A stretch of 64,000 nucleotides of DNA from IMG/VR virus record IMGVR_UViG_3300020120_000082, positions 1 to 64,000 of that record; one strand, given 5' to 3'. A program made the position numbers and the translations under genes. Numbering within the stretch: position 1 is the first letter of the stretch; each line of letters begins with the position of its first letter. The stretch comes from a virus. Lineage: Duplodnaviria; Caudoviricetes. Of the stretch, positions 47,679 through 58,262 are shown piece after piece. The notes under the pieces are model-generated. The model had not been told where the DNA came from. It saw nothing but the letters and a program-made list of their open reading frames with translations, and made no database searches.

Positions 47679-49048
47679 TAGTTTAGATCTCCCAGACTGC
47701 CGAATGGTCCATCCGAGCAATGATTGGAACTCAGTTTGAACTGCGATTGGACTGGCGTCATGCCAAAATCTGTAGCCATGGGAATTCCCAGTCCGCTGTT
47801 ATTTGAAACACTCTGCGTCAATGGCCCATCGGCCACAACATGGCCGTAAGCATCCGTGGTAAACATCGTTTGCTCGCTGCTGGCGTTGTACCAATAAACC
47901 GGGCCGACATAGGCTTCGCGTTTACAGCCTTTCCACGGACCAAGGCCAAAGACCTTGTTCTGCGCGGCGTAGTTTTTTGTCAGATACAACGGATGCACAC
48001 CGGGAACATCCAGCGGATTGAACAGGCTGATTGGATCAAACACAGCCGGTGATCCCAGCGCTGTCACGATTGTCCCATTAGCTCCAATGACACTGAATTG
48101 CATCGACCAGATCTCATAGTCGGATGGCGGCTGGCACAGATCTGCCCCTGGCACAGCCATGGCTGTTTTCGAAGCTCTGGGATTGGCGCAGATATTGGCC
48201 ACACCGCCCGCATCAGCCAGCCCCTGCACATGCACAAAATGCCCATCCGGGGCAACCACATCCAGGATCATCGAGTGGTACTGGGTATAGAAACGAGCCG
48301 CGCCAGACGTGCCCATGTGAACCACCAGCCGATTGCTGGTTAGCGCCGTGCGGCCATCGTTATTGATCACGCCAGCGTTTTGGACAAAGACCTTGAAACC
48401 TTCGTGTGGTTCATTGAAGCCCGCCAGTTGCCCGATGCGCTCGAAAGCGGGCGGAGTGTTATTGGCCAAACTGGTGCGGTAATCATCGCCATGCTCGTGA
48501 GCGAAAGTACAGGTTGGGCCATTTGGATTACTGATGTCGATCGGCACAACCTGCGGATGCCAGGTGCGATAAGTAATGCCATTGACCTGAACCACATAGC
48601 GATCGTGAATGGCCGCGGTACAAGTTCCCAATAGCAGCGGATTTACCGGCTGCATGCCCTGGACAGGCGTTGCTGGTATAGCCGTAACCGCCAGAGTCGC
48701 GCTGGGAATTGGCGTTGAAGTGGGTGCGCTCGTCGAGGCGGAAGTCGACGTAGCCGTTGTGGTGGCTGTCCCGGTTGGCGTTGGCGTGCCAGTTGGTGTG
48801 GCTGTGTCAGTCGGCGTGGGCGTTGCTGTTGGCGTATCTGTAAACGCCGGAGTGTCCGTAATGGAGTGCGAGGTGCATTCCAGGATGACACCCGATTGGG
48901 ATGGACCAACTGTAACGCAAGCTGTGACTTGCTGCGTTGGTTGAATAGCCTGGGCCAGCCTAAGCCAGGGCACAGATACTTGCCCAGTGCAAGCTCCTAC
49001 AAGACCAATGATGATAATAAGCACTGATCTAAATAGTCTGAGTTTCAT
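47678..49048 (-). CDS. Secreted/lipoprotein with Thr/Pro linker and His-rich domain
   Basis: Signal peptide ending in LVGAC (lipobox-like); TPT linker; YRTWHP, HEHGDD, HEGFK. Confidence 0.75.
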   Translation of the reverse strand: MKLRLFRSVLIIIIGLVGACTGQVSVPWLRLAQAIQPTQQVTACVTVGPSQSGVILECTSHSITDTPAFTDTPTATPTPTDTATPTGTPTPTGTATTTATSTSASTSAPTSTPIPSATLAVTAIPATPVQGMQPVNPLLLGTCTAAIHDRYVVQVNGITYRTWHPQVVPIDISNPNGPTCTFAHEHGDDYRTSLANNTPPAFERIGQLAGFNEPHEGFKVFVQNAGVINNDGRTALTSNRLVVHMGTSGAARFYTQYHSMILDVVAPDGHFVHVQGLADAGGVANICANPRASKTAMAVPGADLCQPPSDYEIWSMQFSVIGANGTIVTALGSPAVFDPISLFNPLDVPGVHPLYLTKNYAAQNKVFGLGPWKGCKREAYVGPVYWYNASSEQTMFTTDAYGHVVADGPLTQSVSNNSGLGIPMATDFGMTPVQSQFKLSSNHCSDGPFGSLGDLN

Positions 49049-49057
49049 AGCGCCTCC

Positions 49058-49996
49058 TTATTTGAATATCTTGTGGTGCGCATCGCGAAGCTCTTCTGGG
49101 TATATGGTAGCGTAAATTCTAGTGACATCACCACTTTTATGACCGAGAAGATCCTGGGCTAGGGCAACATTGCCGGTTTCACGCAAGATTCTGATCGCGA
49201 AATCATGCCGGAAACTATGGGGCGTGAAACCGTGTGGAGATACGCCAGCTAACCTGCAAGCTTCCAGGACGACGTTGTAAATGCTCTGGTCGCCCAGAGC
49301 AGTGCTAGATATTTTTCCACCCCTACGATGCTGACAAAATACAGGGTCGTTGCTTTTTACAACACCACGCTCGGAGAAATACATTCGAATTAGATCCGCT
49401 GCCTCTTGGCTGAAAAACACGGGACGGCGTTCACTATTTTTTCCGATAACGGTTCCGCTTTTTTCATCCAGATCTATGCTGTTTACTTTCAACCGAGCAA
49501 GCTCAAAGCGACGGCAACCAGAAGAATACAGAAAAGCAATGATGGCCCGATCCCGAACCAATGGCAACTGGCGTGAAGCAAGATGGACTTTATCAGCATC
49601 GCCCTTCGCAGGGATACGCGGAATATAATCTCCACGCTTGCTTTGAAGCAGGGCAGGCGCTTGTTTGAGACGCAATTGGTCAGCTTGATCAGGCTGCAAA
49701 TGACGATGCATGATCAGCCAGTCTACGAAATGCTTGACTGCTGATATGTAGACAGTGGTGGTTTGTTTGGCGTATTCGCGCTTGGCAAGCCAGGTATAGT
49801 AGCGAATAAATACGTCGACAGATACCTGCTCCGTGGTTTCTATTTTTTCTTGACGCAAGAAATCACGGAACCTTCCCAGGCCATTGTGATAAGAACGGGT
49901 TGTATTGCGAGGCTTTACCAGAGAAATTTCCTTGAGACAGGTTTCTATAGCAACATTGATGTCCATGGAAGCTATTTTATCACATAGCTTTACCAT
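49058..49996 (-). CDS. Tyrosine recombinase (integrase/XerC-like)
   Basis: RDRAII..LYSSGCR; GK; HSFRH; LLGH; T.IY catalytic set. Confidence 0.93.
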   Translation of the reverse strand: MVKLCDKIASMDINVAIETCLKEISLVKPRNTTRSYHNGLGRFRDFLRQEKIETTEQVSVDVFIRYYTWLAKREYAKQTTTVYISAVKHFVDWLIMHRHLQPDQADQLRLKQAPALLQSKRGDYIPRIPAKGDADKVHLASRQLPLVRDRAIIAFLYSSGCRRFELARLKVNSIDLDEKSGTVIGKNSERRPVFFSQEAADLIRMYFSERGVVKSNDPVFCQHRRGGKISSTALGDQSIYNVVLEACRLAGVSPHGFTPHSFRHDFAIRILRETGNVALAQDLLGHKSGDVTRIYATIYPEELRDAHHKIFK

Positions 49997-50028
49997 TTAC
50001 AAATTATCACTAATAGATAATTCAACTA

Positions 50029-52117
50029 CTATCGCCTGTTTTTAGTCACCAATGAACCGCCAACCAGAAAGTGCCCCAAGATTCCAAAGGCGATTCCAGC
50101 AACAAAACCACCAGCCAGGTGAATATTAAGTCCGACTAAGCTTTCAACAATCACTATAGCGATTGCTGCACCTATCTGAAAAGTCATGAATAACCAAAAT
50201 CTGCGCCAATCTATTTTTATGTGCATCTATTGTACCCTTATCAACGATTGTACTCTGTTTTTCTTGCGCTCTTCAATCCAGCAGGTATCGACATATGTAA
50301 CCGGGAAAGCTCCTGGCCCAGGTTCGACTGGGCATTGCGCCCACATCTGGCCTTCGTCATCCCAGGGTGTCAGGCGCATATACCAGTGCTCGGCGCGTAA
50401 GCCAGAGTAATTCAGTAAACAATCTCGCTCAAAGTAGAAATGCTCCCACAGCGCTGCCCAGAATTCGGCTGGCTGATGATGTCCGCGGCTGTAGTAAGCC
50501 ATTGGCGGACCACTACTTTCTAATTCATATATCGGCACAATTTCAAGCGAGTATTGTTTCATTTAGGCACCCAATGGCCATTTCTCAGCTATCTCTTGGA
50601 TCTCTTTCTCGACCAAACCGGCCTGGTGATGCAAATCGTTCAGTCTGTTGTGAAGTTCTTTGGCCTTGTAATGCCAGGCGTCTTTCTCGCTTTGAAAAAC
50701 GAGATCCAGCGAATAATCCATAACAGACTGTCTTGTATTTCCACTTCCATAGTCCATGGTGTGTGTTACTTCGACCGAGAACCACTGATCTTCATCTACA
50801 TTTCCAGTGAACCCAGTAATAATTCCCTGGCGCGGATTGCCGTAGATAGTCCAGACTCTATCCCCAACTCCAACCCACATACCTGGCTTGATCTCATACT
50901 TTATTGGTGGCATTGTCATTTCTAAATCCCGCCCCACTCTTTGATCTTCCTGGACCTGGCTTGACCGATTTCTTTCCTGGCTCTTCGAGCGGATATTCCA
51001 AACTGCTCCCTGATTTTTCTCACAACCTGATCGACCTTGATGACATTCCCCAGGCCGTTGACATCAACCAGGCTGTCCATGCTCTTGTCAATTCCAATCT
51101 GTAACTTGATGCATTCGTCGCACTTTGTTTCATGCCAGTAGCTAGTGTCTTTATTGTACTGTCGACCATTCTCATCGTGCGTCAGGCCACATAGAGTCCT
51201 GTAGCCCGTTGGCGTTTCCGTTGGCTTGAAGATCGGCATATTACTTTCTCTTCTTGGGATCAGCCAACATAGATTTCAATTGCTCCCCGTAAACGCTTTT
51301 GTGCAGTGAGTTCTTTTCGACCTGGGATTGTAGATAATCGATGTATTTCTGGCTTGGCCCAACTCTCCCTGGCTCTTTCAATCGATACAACCAGGCCGGA
51401 ACCATGTACGTTCTCAGTTCGGTGGTGTAACCACGATGGCATTTCGGGCACCAGGTAATTGAATGGCCATTGGCCCACAATCTTTCTTCACAAGCGCAGG
51501 TAATGTCTACCGTATCATCCTGGGATCCGGCATAACCAGGCCAGTTCTCTGTCTTGAAAATCCTGGCGATCAGTCGATACCACCACTTAGTCCCGCCAGA
51601 CAAACCTGGACGATAAAGAGACGTGCTTTCTTCGTTCATCAGTCTAATAGACCCCATTCCGGGCTACGTCGATCGCAATGCCCGCAGCCCATATCCGAGA
51701 AATCAAAAATGTTTTTGTCGCACCAGGGACAAAAGTCTTCGTCAGGCTCTTCTTCGTCCCAGTTCATTTCATCATCCCAGTCGTCATCATGGATTAGATC
51801 TGGATAAAGTTCTTCCGGCAACAATCCCATCCCGTCGTCATCCGATCCGTTTGACATAGTTACTCCTGAATGGGGACAATTGGTTACCAGCTTCTACCCT
51901 TTGGCCCAGATGGCTTTTTGAAAGACTCGATCTCGGCTGCGCAGATCTGCGCTTCCAACGCAAGATCTTTGTGAATAGGGAATTCTTTCATCTTTTTATA
52001 GTGCATCTTTTCGCGCCTGTTACATACACCAGTTGACAGGATAATGGCGGTGTTGAAACCGGCTCGATAAGCGAGTTCTAGATCCGCAGCGCGTGTTTCG
52101 CGAGAGATATTGGCCAT
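50029..52117 (-). CDS. Run of seven small hypothetical genes (50029-50226, 50227-50562, 50563-50937, 50922-51239, 51241-51657, 51639-51857, 51884-52117)
   Basis: Abutting or overlapping ORFs on the - strand; several carry CxxC pairs. Confidence 0.6.
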
Positions 52118-52118
52118 G

Positions 52119-52817
52119 TCAAGCCTGTGCCCGATGTCGCTCTGATTTCCAGATGCCGATATAGTCGATGTCAAACCAGGCTGGCCAGGGAAAATTAGAT
52201 GCCGGTGTTCCGCCAAAACTACCTGGCTCGGAGATCGAAAACGAGAACAACAGGTGGTGATAATCGTAAACTGCGTTGAACTGCGTCTCCTGAAACGTTC
52301 CACACAGGATATCATCGAAGAAGAAGTCAATGCCGGTTGGATGCCAGTCGACACCATAACGATGAAACGCCGTGGATAAATTCAGGGTGGCGGGATACAC
52401 ACCGCCATACGAGCCGCTGTATTTCAAATCTGGTCCCGGATAGGCTCCACTATGGACATTGTAATAGTGGCGCTCGGGATGGTTACCATGCTCTTCAAAC
52501 CAGTCGATCTCTTGCCAGGTGTTCTGCAGCAGGACGCTCGTCAACGTCCAGCCTGCTGGCCAGAACCCTGCCCCCAGCGGGACTTTGGCCCTGGCTTCAA
52601 TATAGCCATAGCGGAAGTTGTATTTCCCGACCGATGAGATCTCTCCGGAGCTAAAATCGGAGTCGCAACGCAAGCGGAGCAGGCCATCCTGCAAGATGAC
52701 ATGATTGGCCCAGAACTTCTCCTGGCCATAGCCCTTCTTATTGTCAGACGCTGTCCATTTGGAAGCGTCCAGAACTGTTCCTTCAAAATCATCCCAGAAA
52801 ACAAGTGTTGATTCCAC
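52119..52817 (-). CDS. Glycoside hydrolase family 16
   Basis: FWDDFEG; FRYGYIEARAK; GFWPAGW; EIDWFE (ExDxxE); FHRYGVDW. Confidence 0.92.
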   Translation of the reverse strand: MESTLVFWDDFEGTVLDASKWTASDNKKGYGQEKFWANHVILQDGLLRLRCDSDFSSGEISSVGKYNFRYGYIEARAKVPLGAGFWPAGWTLTSVLLQNTWQEIDWFEEHGNHPERHYYNVHSGAYPGPDLKYSGSYGGVYPATLNLSTAFHRYGVDWHPTGIDFFFDDILCGTFQETQFNAVYDYHHLLFSFSISEPGSFGGTPASNFPWPAWFDIDYIGIWKSERHRAQA

Positions 52818-52827
52818 TGATGGTCTC

Positions 52828-55203
52828 CTAAAGAAGTGGCGCGATTTTTTTTATAACGTCCTGATACCACTGATCTTCTGGCTTGCCATGTCTCATCGCA
52901 TAGTAGGCATCTTGCAATGCTTTTTCAAGCTCGGTTATGCGTGTGTTCTTTTTGTCCCAGTTATTCATGTTGGCCTGAACGGGACCAATAGGAAGAAGAT
53001 TGGCATGCTCCCTGCCCTCTTCTTGCGCCCAGCGTATTCCTTCGGGCCAACCACCAGCCCGAATCTTATCTCGCAAGCGAACCACTTGGTCCCAGTTCAC
53101 CTCTTCGCCGTCAGCGCAGGCATAGCAGAATGTGTCATTCAACAACAAACATGGAACAATATGACCATCTGGTCGGCGGTGAATGTAGAACACTTCATCA
53201 TCTGCCGCCAGTTGAATGCTGGCTTTCAACTGTTCTAAATTGTCCGGGAGATTGCCGTCAACAGCACTCGGAGCATTTGTGTCTTTGATAAACATAGATC
53301 GCTACCTTGTATCAATTAAGTCAACTGATCGAATAAACCAGGCCATTGGGACTTTGCTTCTTTGACCCGCTTTTCCCGAATAACCCACATGCGTTGCGCC
53401 TTGTTCCTGTTCTTGCTGTTCTCGTCGGTTGGGTCTGCAATCTGCTTATCCACAGCATCACATAGATTTTCCCAGGCCCACCGCTCGTCCTCAATCAATA
53501 CTTTTGCTGTTTTTGGTCCCACTCTCTTGCTCCTCACTGGGGACTATGACGCCTTGTTCATGCATCTTGGACAAAAGCCCGAATACCATATCTCCAAAAG
53601 AGCTTTCATCTACCACCTTGATATCATAGGAGTCGCGTAGAAAATCAACTAGCGAATCATTGAGACCCGGACGTAGAACAGAAATCGTTTCACCGTTTCC
53701 CGCATCCACTTGGTCAAACACCTGGGGATATGAGAAAAACATTGGATCAAAGCAATTGTGGTATTGTTCTTCATACTTCCAGCACATAGACTCTCCTTAC
53801 TCCCCGCCGCTCAGCGCGTCAGTGTCAACTACCACCAGAAAAGGTGAGCCATCTCCAACCCACGCTATGTGGCCCAAAGACAGCAGGCGGTGTACTGCTT
53901 CGGAGCGAACTCTATATTCTGATGGGCCACGCTTATTCAGTCGCCAGCCCACGGTTCCATTTGGATAGTGCCGTGCCCACAGTTTGTAGCCGCCAAATCG
54001 CATCAGATGTTCCAGGACTGTGCTGCTACTGAGCAGTTTCATCATTTCGTCTCCCCGCCGCTCGGCGCGTGGGCTGCGGCCAGCCGCTTGATGGCGTCGG
54101 CGCACTCTTCGGCTTCGTCACTGCGGTTGCCCCAGGCGTGAAACTCTGGCGAACCGGATATGTACTTTGCCAATCTGGCGTCGTTCTGATTGACCCGCTC
54201 CCGGCACACGCGCTCCGCCCGCTCGTAGGCGTCGTTCTCGGCAGCGGCGATGGCGAACGCGATAGCATCCCGCAGCATGCCGCGCTCACTTTCAATTATG
54301 AACGGCGCGGTTTTTGCATCGCGCCAAAAGTATTCTCCAATGATGGCATTGGCCTGTTGTTCAGCGTCTGTCACTGACTGGGAAGTCATGGGTGAGCGTC
54401 CAGGGCGATACGATGCCATTTCACATTCTGACCATCATCGCTAAACTCAAACACCAGCCCCAGGTGGGCCTCGATCACGGCCCGATCTTCCGGTGTTGCG
54501 TCTTGCAGATGCACCGAATAGAACTTGCCATGTGTGGTTGCGCTGGCTGGTTGTCCAGTTTCCGCCCACCAGTATTCAGGTTCGCCGGTGCGTGAATTGA
54601 AACCGCGTTGTACGCGCCGCCACTTGTCAGATTCGTCCGGGTTGGGCATATCACTACGCGATGCCCGACTTTCCAGAAGGCCAACGTGGGGATTGGGGAT
54701 ACCGTCAAAGTATGCCTTATGTGGCCAGCCATATTTGCGATCTGCCCACTCGCCGCGTGCGCCAGATTTGATAGCGGCAGCTACATCAGCCGGGTGCATT
54801 GAGCCGCAATACGAACAATGCCGAAGAAGTCCTTGGCCGCGCTCATCCATGTCGCCCGTTAGGTTGGGTGGAGATTCATCGCCCCAGGGAACCAAGCCAT
54901 CCGGCCACTGTTGCAGACCATAGATATTCATATCGTGCTTGTGCGCAATACTAGTTTCCATCGCTCCCGCCTCTCTCCGCGCTCATCTCAGCCATTCGTC
55001 GCTCCGTTCTCGGACAGCGCGGCCCGGACATTCAGCAATACACCCAACCCGTTATCGCTCAGACCATCACCGTCAATCTCGGCTTCCGTCCAAAGTTGGT
55101 ATAGGTCCGCCAGCAGTACCGCCAGCGCCTTGTTAGCGGCGCGGAGAGCGTCAAGTTCTGCAATCTCTATAATCGTTTCTGTGTCAGGGTTGAATTCAGG
55201 CAT
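52828..55203 (-). CDS. Run of small hypothetical genes (52828-53295, 53316-53537, 53491-53787, 53797-54045, 54042-54389, 54386-54961, 54988-55203)
   Basis: Coupled ORFs with RBSs; 54386-54961 has CSYCGSMHP. Confidence 0.6.
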
Positions 55204-55414
55204 GTGGTGTGCGTCTATTCCAGGTCCCAATTGCAATCGTGGCAGTAGCCCGCGTTCCGGTATTCAAACCGCAACGCAAACAACTTACTATTGGGCGCGG
55301 TACATCAGCATCTTTCAACTGAACATCGTCGGAACCGCAGCACGGACACGGCAGTAGTGCTGTATGATCGGATGTTTTCTCAATACGTTTAGTCAGACGT
55401 TGATTGAAAGGCAT
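55196..55414 (-). CDS. Lar-family restriction alleviation-like Zn-ribbon protein
   Basis: LLPCPCCGS...C..CG...AI.TWNRR. Confidence 0.75.
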   Translation of the reverse strand: MPFNQRLTKRIEKTSDHTALLPCPCCGSDDVQLKDADVPRPIVSCLRCGLNTGTRATATIAIGTWNRRTPHA

Positions 55415-55423
55415 TTCAATCTC

Positions 55424-57001
55424 CTATAGGTCATTACTTACGGATGGTAAAGTCTTATGCTTGGCATCGTCCGGGCAAATCCACTTACCCTGTTTATTCT
55501 GGTGCCATCCCGCCAGTCGCGCCGCTGTTTTTGTTCTGTTACTACGCAACATCAAGGCATCCTCTCGACCACACAAGTAACAGTCGATGGAATAATCTCG
55601 ATAGTAATGACCCTGGTCCCAAAACCCATCGCAGTAGATGTTGCCTGTTACGCTTGTCATGGGATTCGAATTTACACGCCTAAAGTCATGATCCCTGTAG
55701 CCTCAACAGCCGGTCTATCTCAGCCGCAATCAGCGCCCCTGCCTTGGCAAGGTTGCGAATAGGGTCAACGTCGGGCTTCCACCAGTCCGGCGAGAATTCC
55801 CACCAAGTAGGCGCTTCGGGCCTAATGACGCCATGCTCCTGATCGACCGCGCCAAGTGCATAACTAGCACCTGCTAGAGCTAATTCGCCCTCAGTATGCT
55901 GGTCGTCATGGGTCGACGTAAAGCCTTCATGTAACACTTGGCGCATCCGTTCACTTTCGATTAGACCTATTCCAGTTTGCATTTTGCCTCTTTGCTCGTG
56001 ACTTTATCCATGATAAATCTTATCCTCCGCCTACGCCGATCTTCTTCTCAACCCGCTCAAGCTTTTCCAGATATTCCAGGCAGTTTTGGCATGTCACCCT
56101 GGATTGAACCTGCGTGACATGAGTGCCCTTGATCGTATGGTGACAAGCTGTGCTGTAAAACCAGGCTGGATCATCCACCGACCAATCAAACGGCTGTATC
56201 ATGTGAATTGTTTTTACTTTATTCACTGTTAAATCCACTGTTCCTTGGGACAGAGTGTGACAATTTGAAGATCATTGATGCTGACCACATTGCGCTTGGC
56301 CAGCCTGGCGACAGATTTTTCAACATCTTCTCGCCTGTACCCGGTTCGACGTATCAAGTATTCGAGCGTTTGTTCCCCGGATCGGCTCCTGGTTAGGAGT
56401 TGAACCAGGAGATAGTCCAGGCCTATAAACGTGGTCATTTTTCGTTCTCTTCGGTCATTTCTGTGTTCGCTGTCAGCACTTCATCCAGTTTCAGGAATGC
56501 ATCATAGGGACTGAAGCCGACTGACAGAAGATGCTCGCGTGCATACCGGACAATTCCAGCCGCTATGTTTATCTGTTCCTGCGCCATAGCCAGGCGCGTT
56601 TCGGCAACGTCGGCGGCTTCCTGAGCAATAAACAGGACACGTCGCAATCTCAAATCGGACTCGTTCCAACTGGATTTTGTTTTCTTTGCGTTGTTACGCC
56701 AATTCCAGGCCGAACGTCTCCACGCTGCGGCCCACTTGCGAGCCATGTTGCGCTGCCAGATGGCGTTGCCAACATGATCGTCAATAAACGCGGCTACTGG
56801 TACACCATTTTCTTCTAGCAGGATACGGATTGCGTTGTGCGCGTCATCGGACAACTCGCGCCAGCCCTTCTGCTCTCTGGCATCTTTCAGTGCTGCGTCT
56901 CGCTCGGCAGTCAGGATAGCTATTCTTTCTGCGTCTTCGCGATGCTCGGCTCGCGCAGCGCCTTCTTCGTCCAACGCACTCCAATTATCAGGTCTGTTCA
57001 T
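55424..57001 (-). CDS. Small hypothetical genes (55424-55660, 55686-55982, 56020-56238, 56229-56438 wHTH-like, 56435-57001)
   Basis: 55686-55982 has the common phage motif ER.RQ..EG...HDD.H..GELA..KAGALIAAEIDRL. Confidence 0.6.
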
Positions 57002-57366
57002 TCGCCCTGTACCTCGCGGTAAACCGGCTTGCCCAGAAGTTTCATCTTGGAATAAAGATCGTCGCTGCCTTTGCTAACCTGGCTCATCGGTACGCGCAAG
57101 ATTATCGCAGCCTGCGCGTACAGGCTCATGCTGGTATTACGCGATGGACCGGCTTTCTTGCCAAGCATTTTCCAGGCATTTGGTGTGACCGGAAATGGCT
57201 TGACTGGAATGCCATGCGCCAGAGCCCAGAGTTCCCCCAAATGATCGACTCCATTGGGCTCTTTTCCGGATACCACTTCGGTAATTTCAAACCCGGAGCG
57301 ATCAATGGCATGCTCCAGCCAGGCCAGGTTGGTAATGGTGCGTGAACCTCCAATGATGACTTTTAT
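56998..57366 (-). CDS. SLOG/YspA-like (DUF2493-type) protein
   Basis: KVIIGGSR, EVVSG, GVD.LGE.WA, GKKAGP.RN..M; frame opens at ATA 57366. Confidence 0.75.
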   Translation of the reverse strand: MKVIIGGSRTITNLAWLEHAIDRSGFEITEVVSGKEPNGVDHLGELWALAHGIPVKPFPVTPNAWKMLGKKAGPSRNTSMSLYAQAAIILRVPMSQVSKGSDDLYSKMKLLGKPVYREVQGE

Positions 57367-58262
57367 TCTTCGCCCCAGTTTGAGATCTTGCCGGTGAGAC
57401 GCACCGACTCCTGATCTTCCATAAAGATCGTCACGACGGCATCAAAGAGCGGCTTGCGATCTTCCGAGATTTCAACCGGCTTGCCATCGTCGCCAATCAA
57501 ACCAGCCGTAAGAGCGGTGTTCACATCACCGGGTAGATGTGAGAACTGCATGTGATTTTGTTCCCAGTAAGTCAGATGGGACATGGCAATAGCCATGCGT
57601 GGTGGCAGCTTTCCAGCCCGATAAGCCAGCAGAGCTTCAGGGGAAAGATTATTGAGTGCTTGTCTGAGTTTGTTGTTCATTGATGCGGAGATTCCACCAT
57701 GAATTGATAATGTGCTTCGCGCAGGATGGCCGCAAAGCAAACCTGACCATCGTTTCCATGTGTCCAATCGCCATGCCCTGTTCTAACCGCTGCTGAAATC
57801 TTTCCGCCAGCAGGATCCTGGCAGAGCGGGCACAGAACACCGCAGTCAAATTCAAACTGTTGCGAGATTGCCTGGGTGGCAATCATCTGTAAGATTTCCA
57901 CGCCATCCTTGACGCCTAGAGATTTGATAGAGCGCACAATCTCTGCCAGTGGATTGATAACTTCAACATTTTCTTTCGAAAGTGCTTCAGGCATTGTCAA
58001 TCTCCCGGTGCTGAATGCCAAGCTCTTTGGATTTGGCGGCTGTCAGACAATACTGAAAGCTCATGTATCCGAGATCGTCGAATGGCCTTTTGAGCAAAAT
58101 CCCCTTAGCCGCCAACTGCTTGCAGGACGAATTCCTGGCGGTAATCAGGCGCAGCTTTGTATAATCTTCTGGATCAAACCAGACACCTGGCTCAATGCAT
58201 TCCAGCAAGAGTCTCTGGTTGTTCGTCAGTCCAAACTTGTCGTAACTTGTCGTTCCAGCCAT
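57363..58262 (-). CDS. Three small hypothetical genes (57363-57683, 57677-57994, 57987-58262)
   Basis: Overlapping start/stop coupling. Confidence 0.55.

Noticed and set aside
49997-50028. attP next to the tyrosine recombinase
   Set aside because: AT-rich but no recognisable core or arm repeats; cannot be supported without a host sequence
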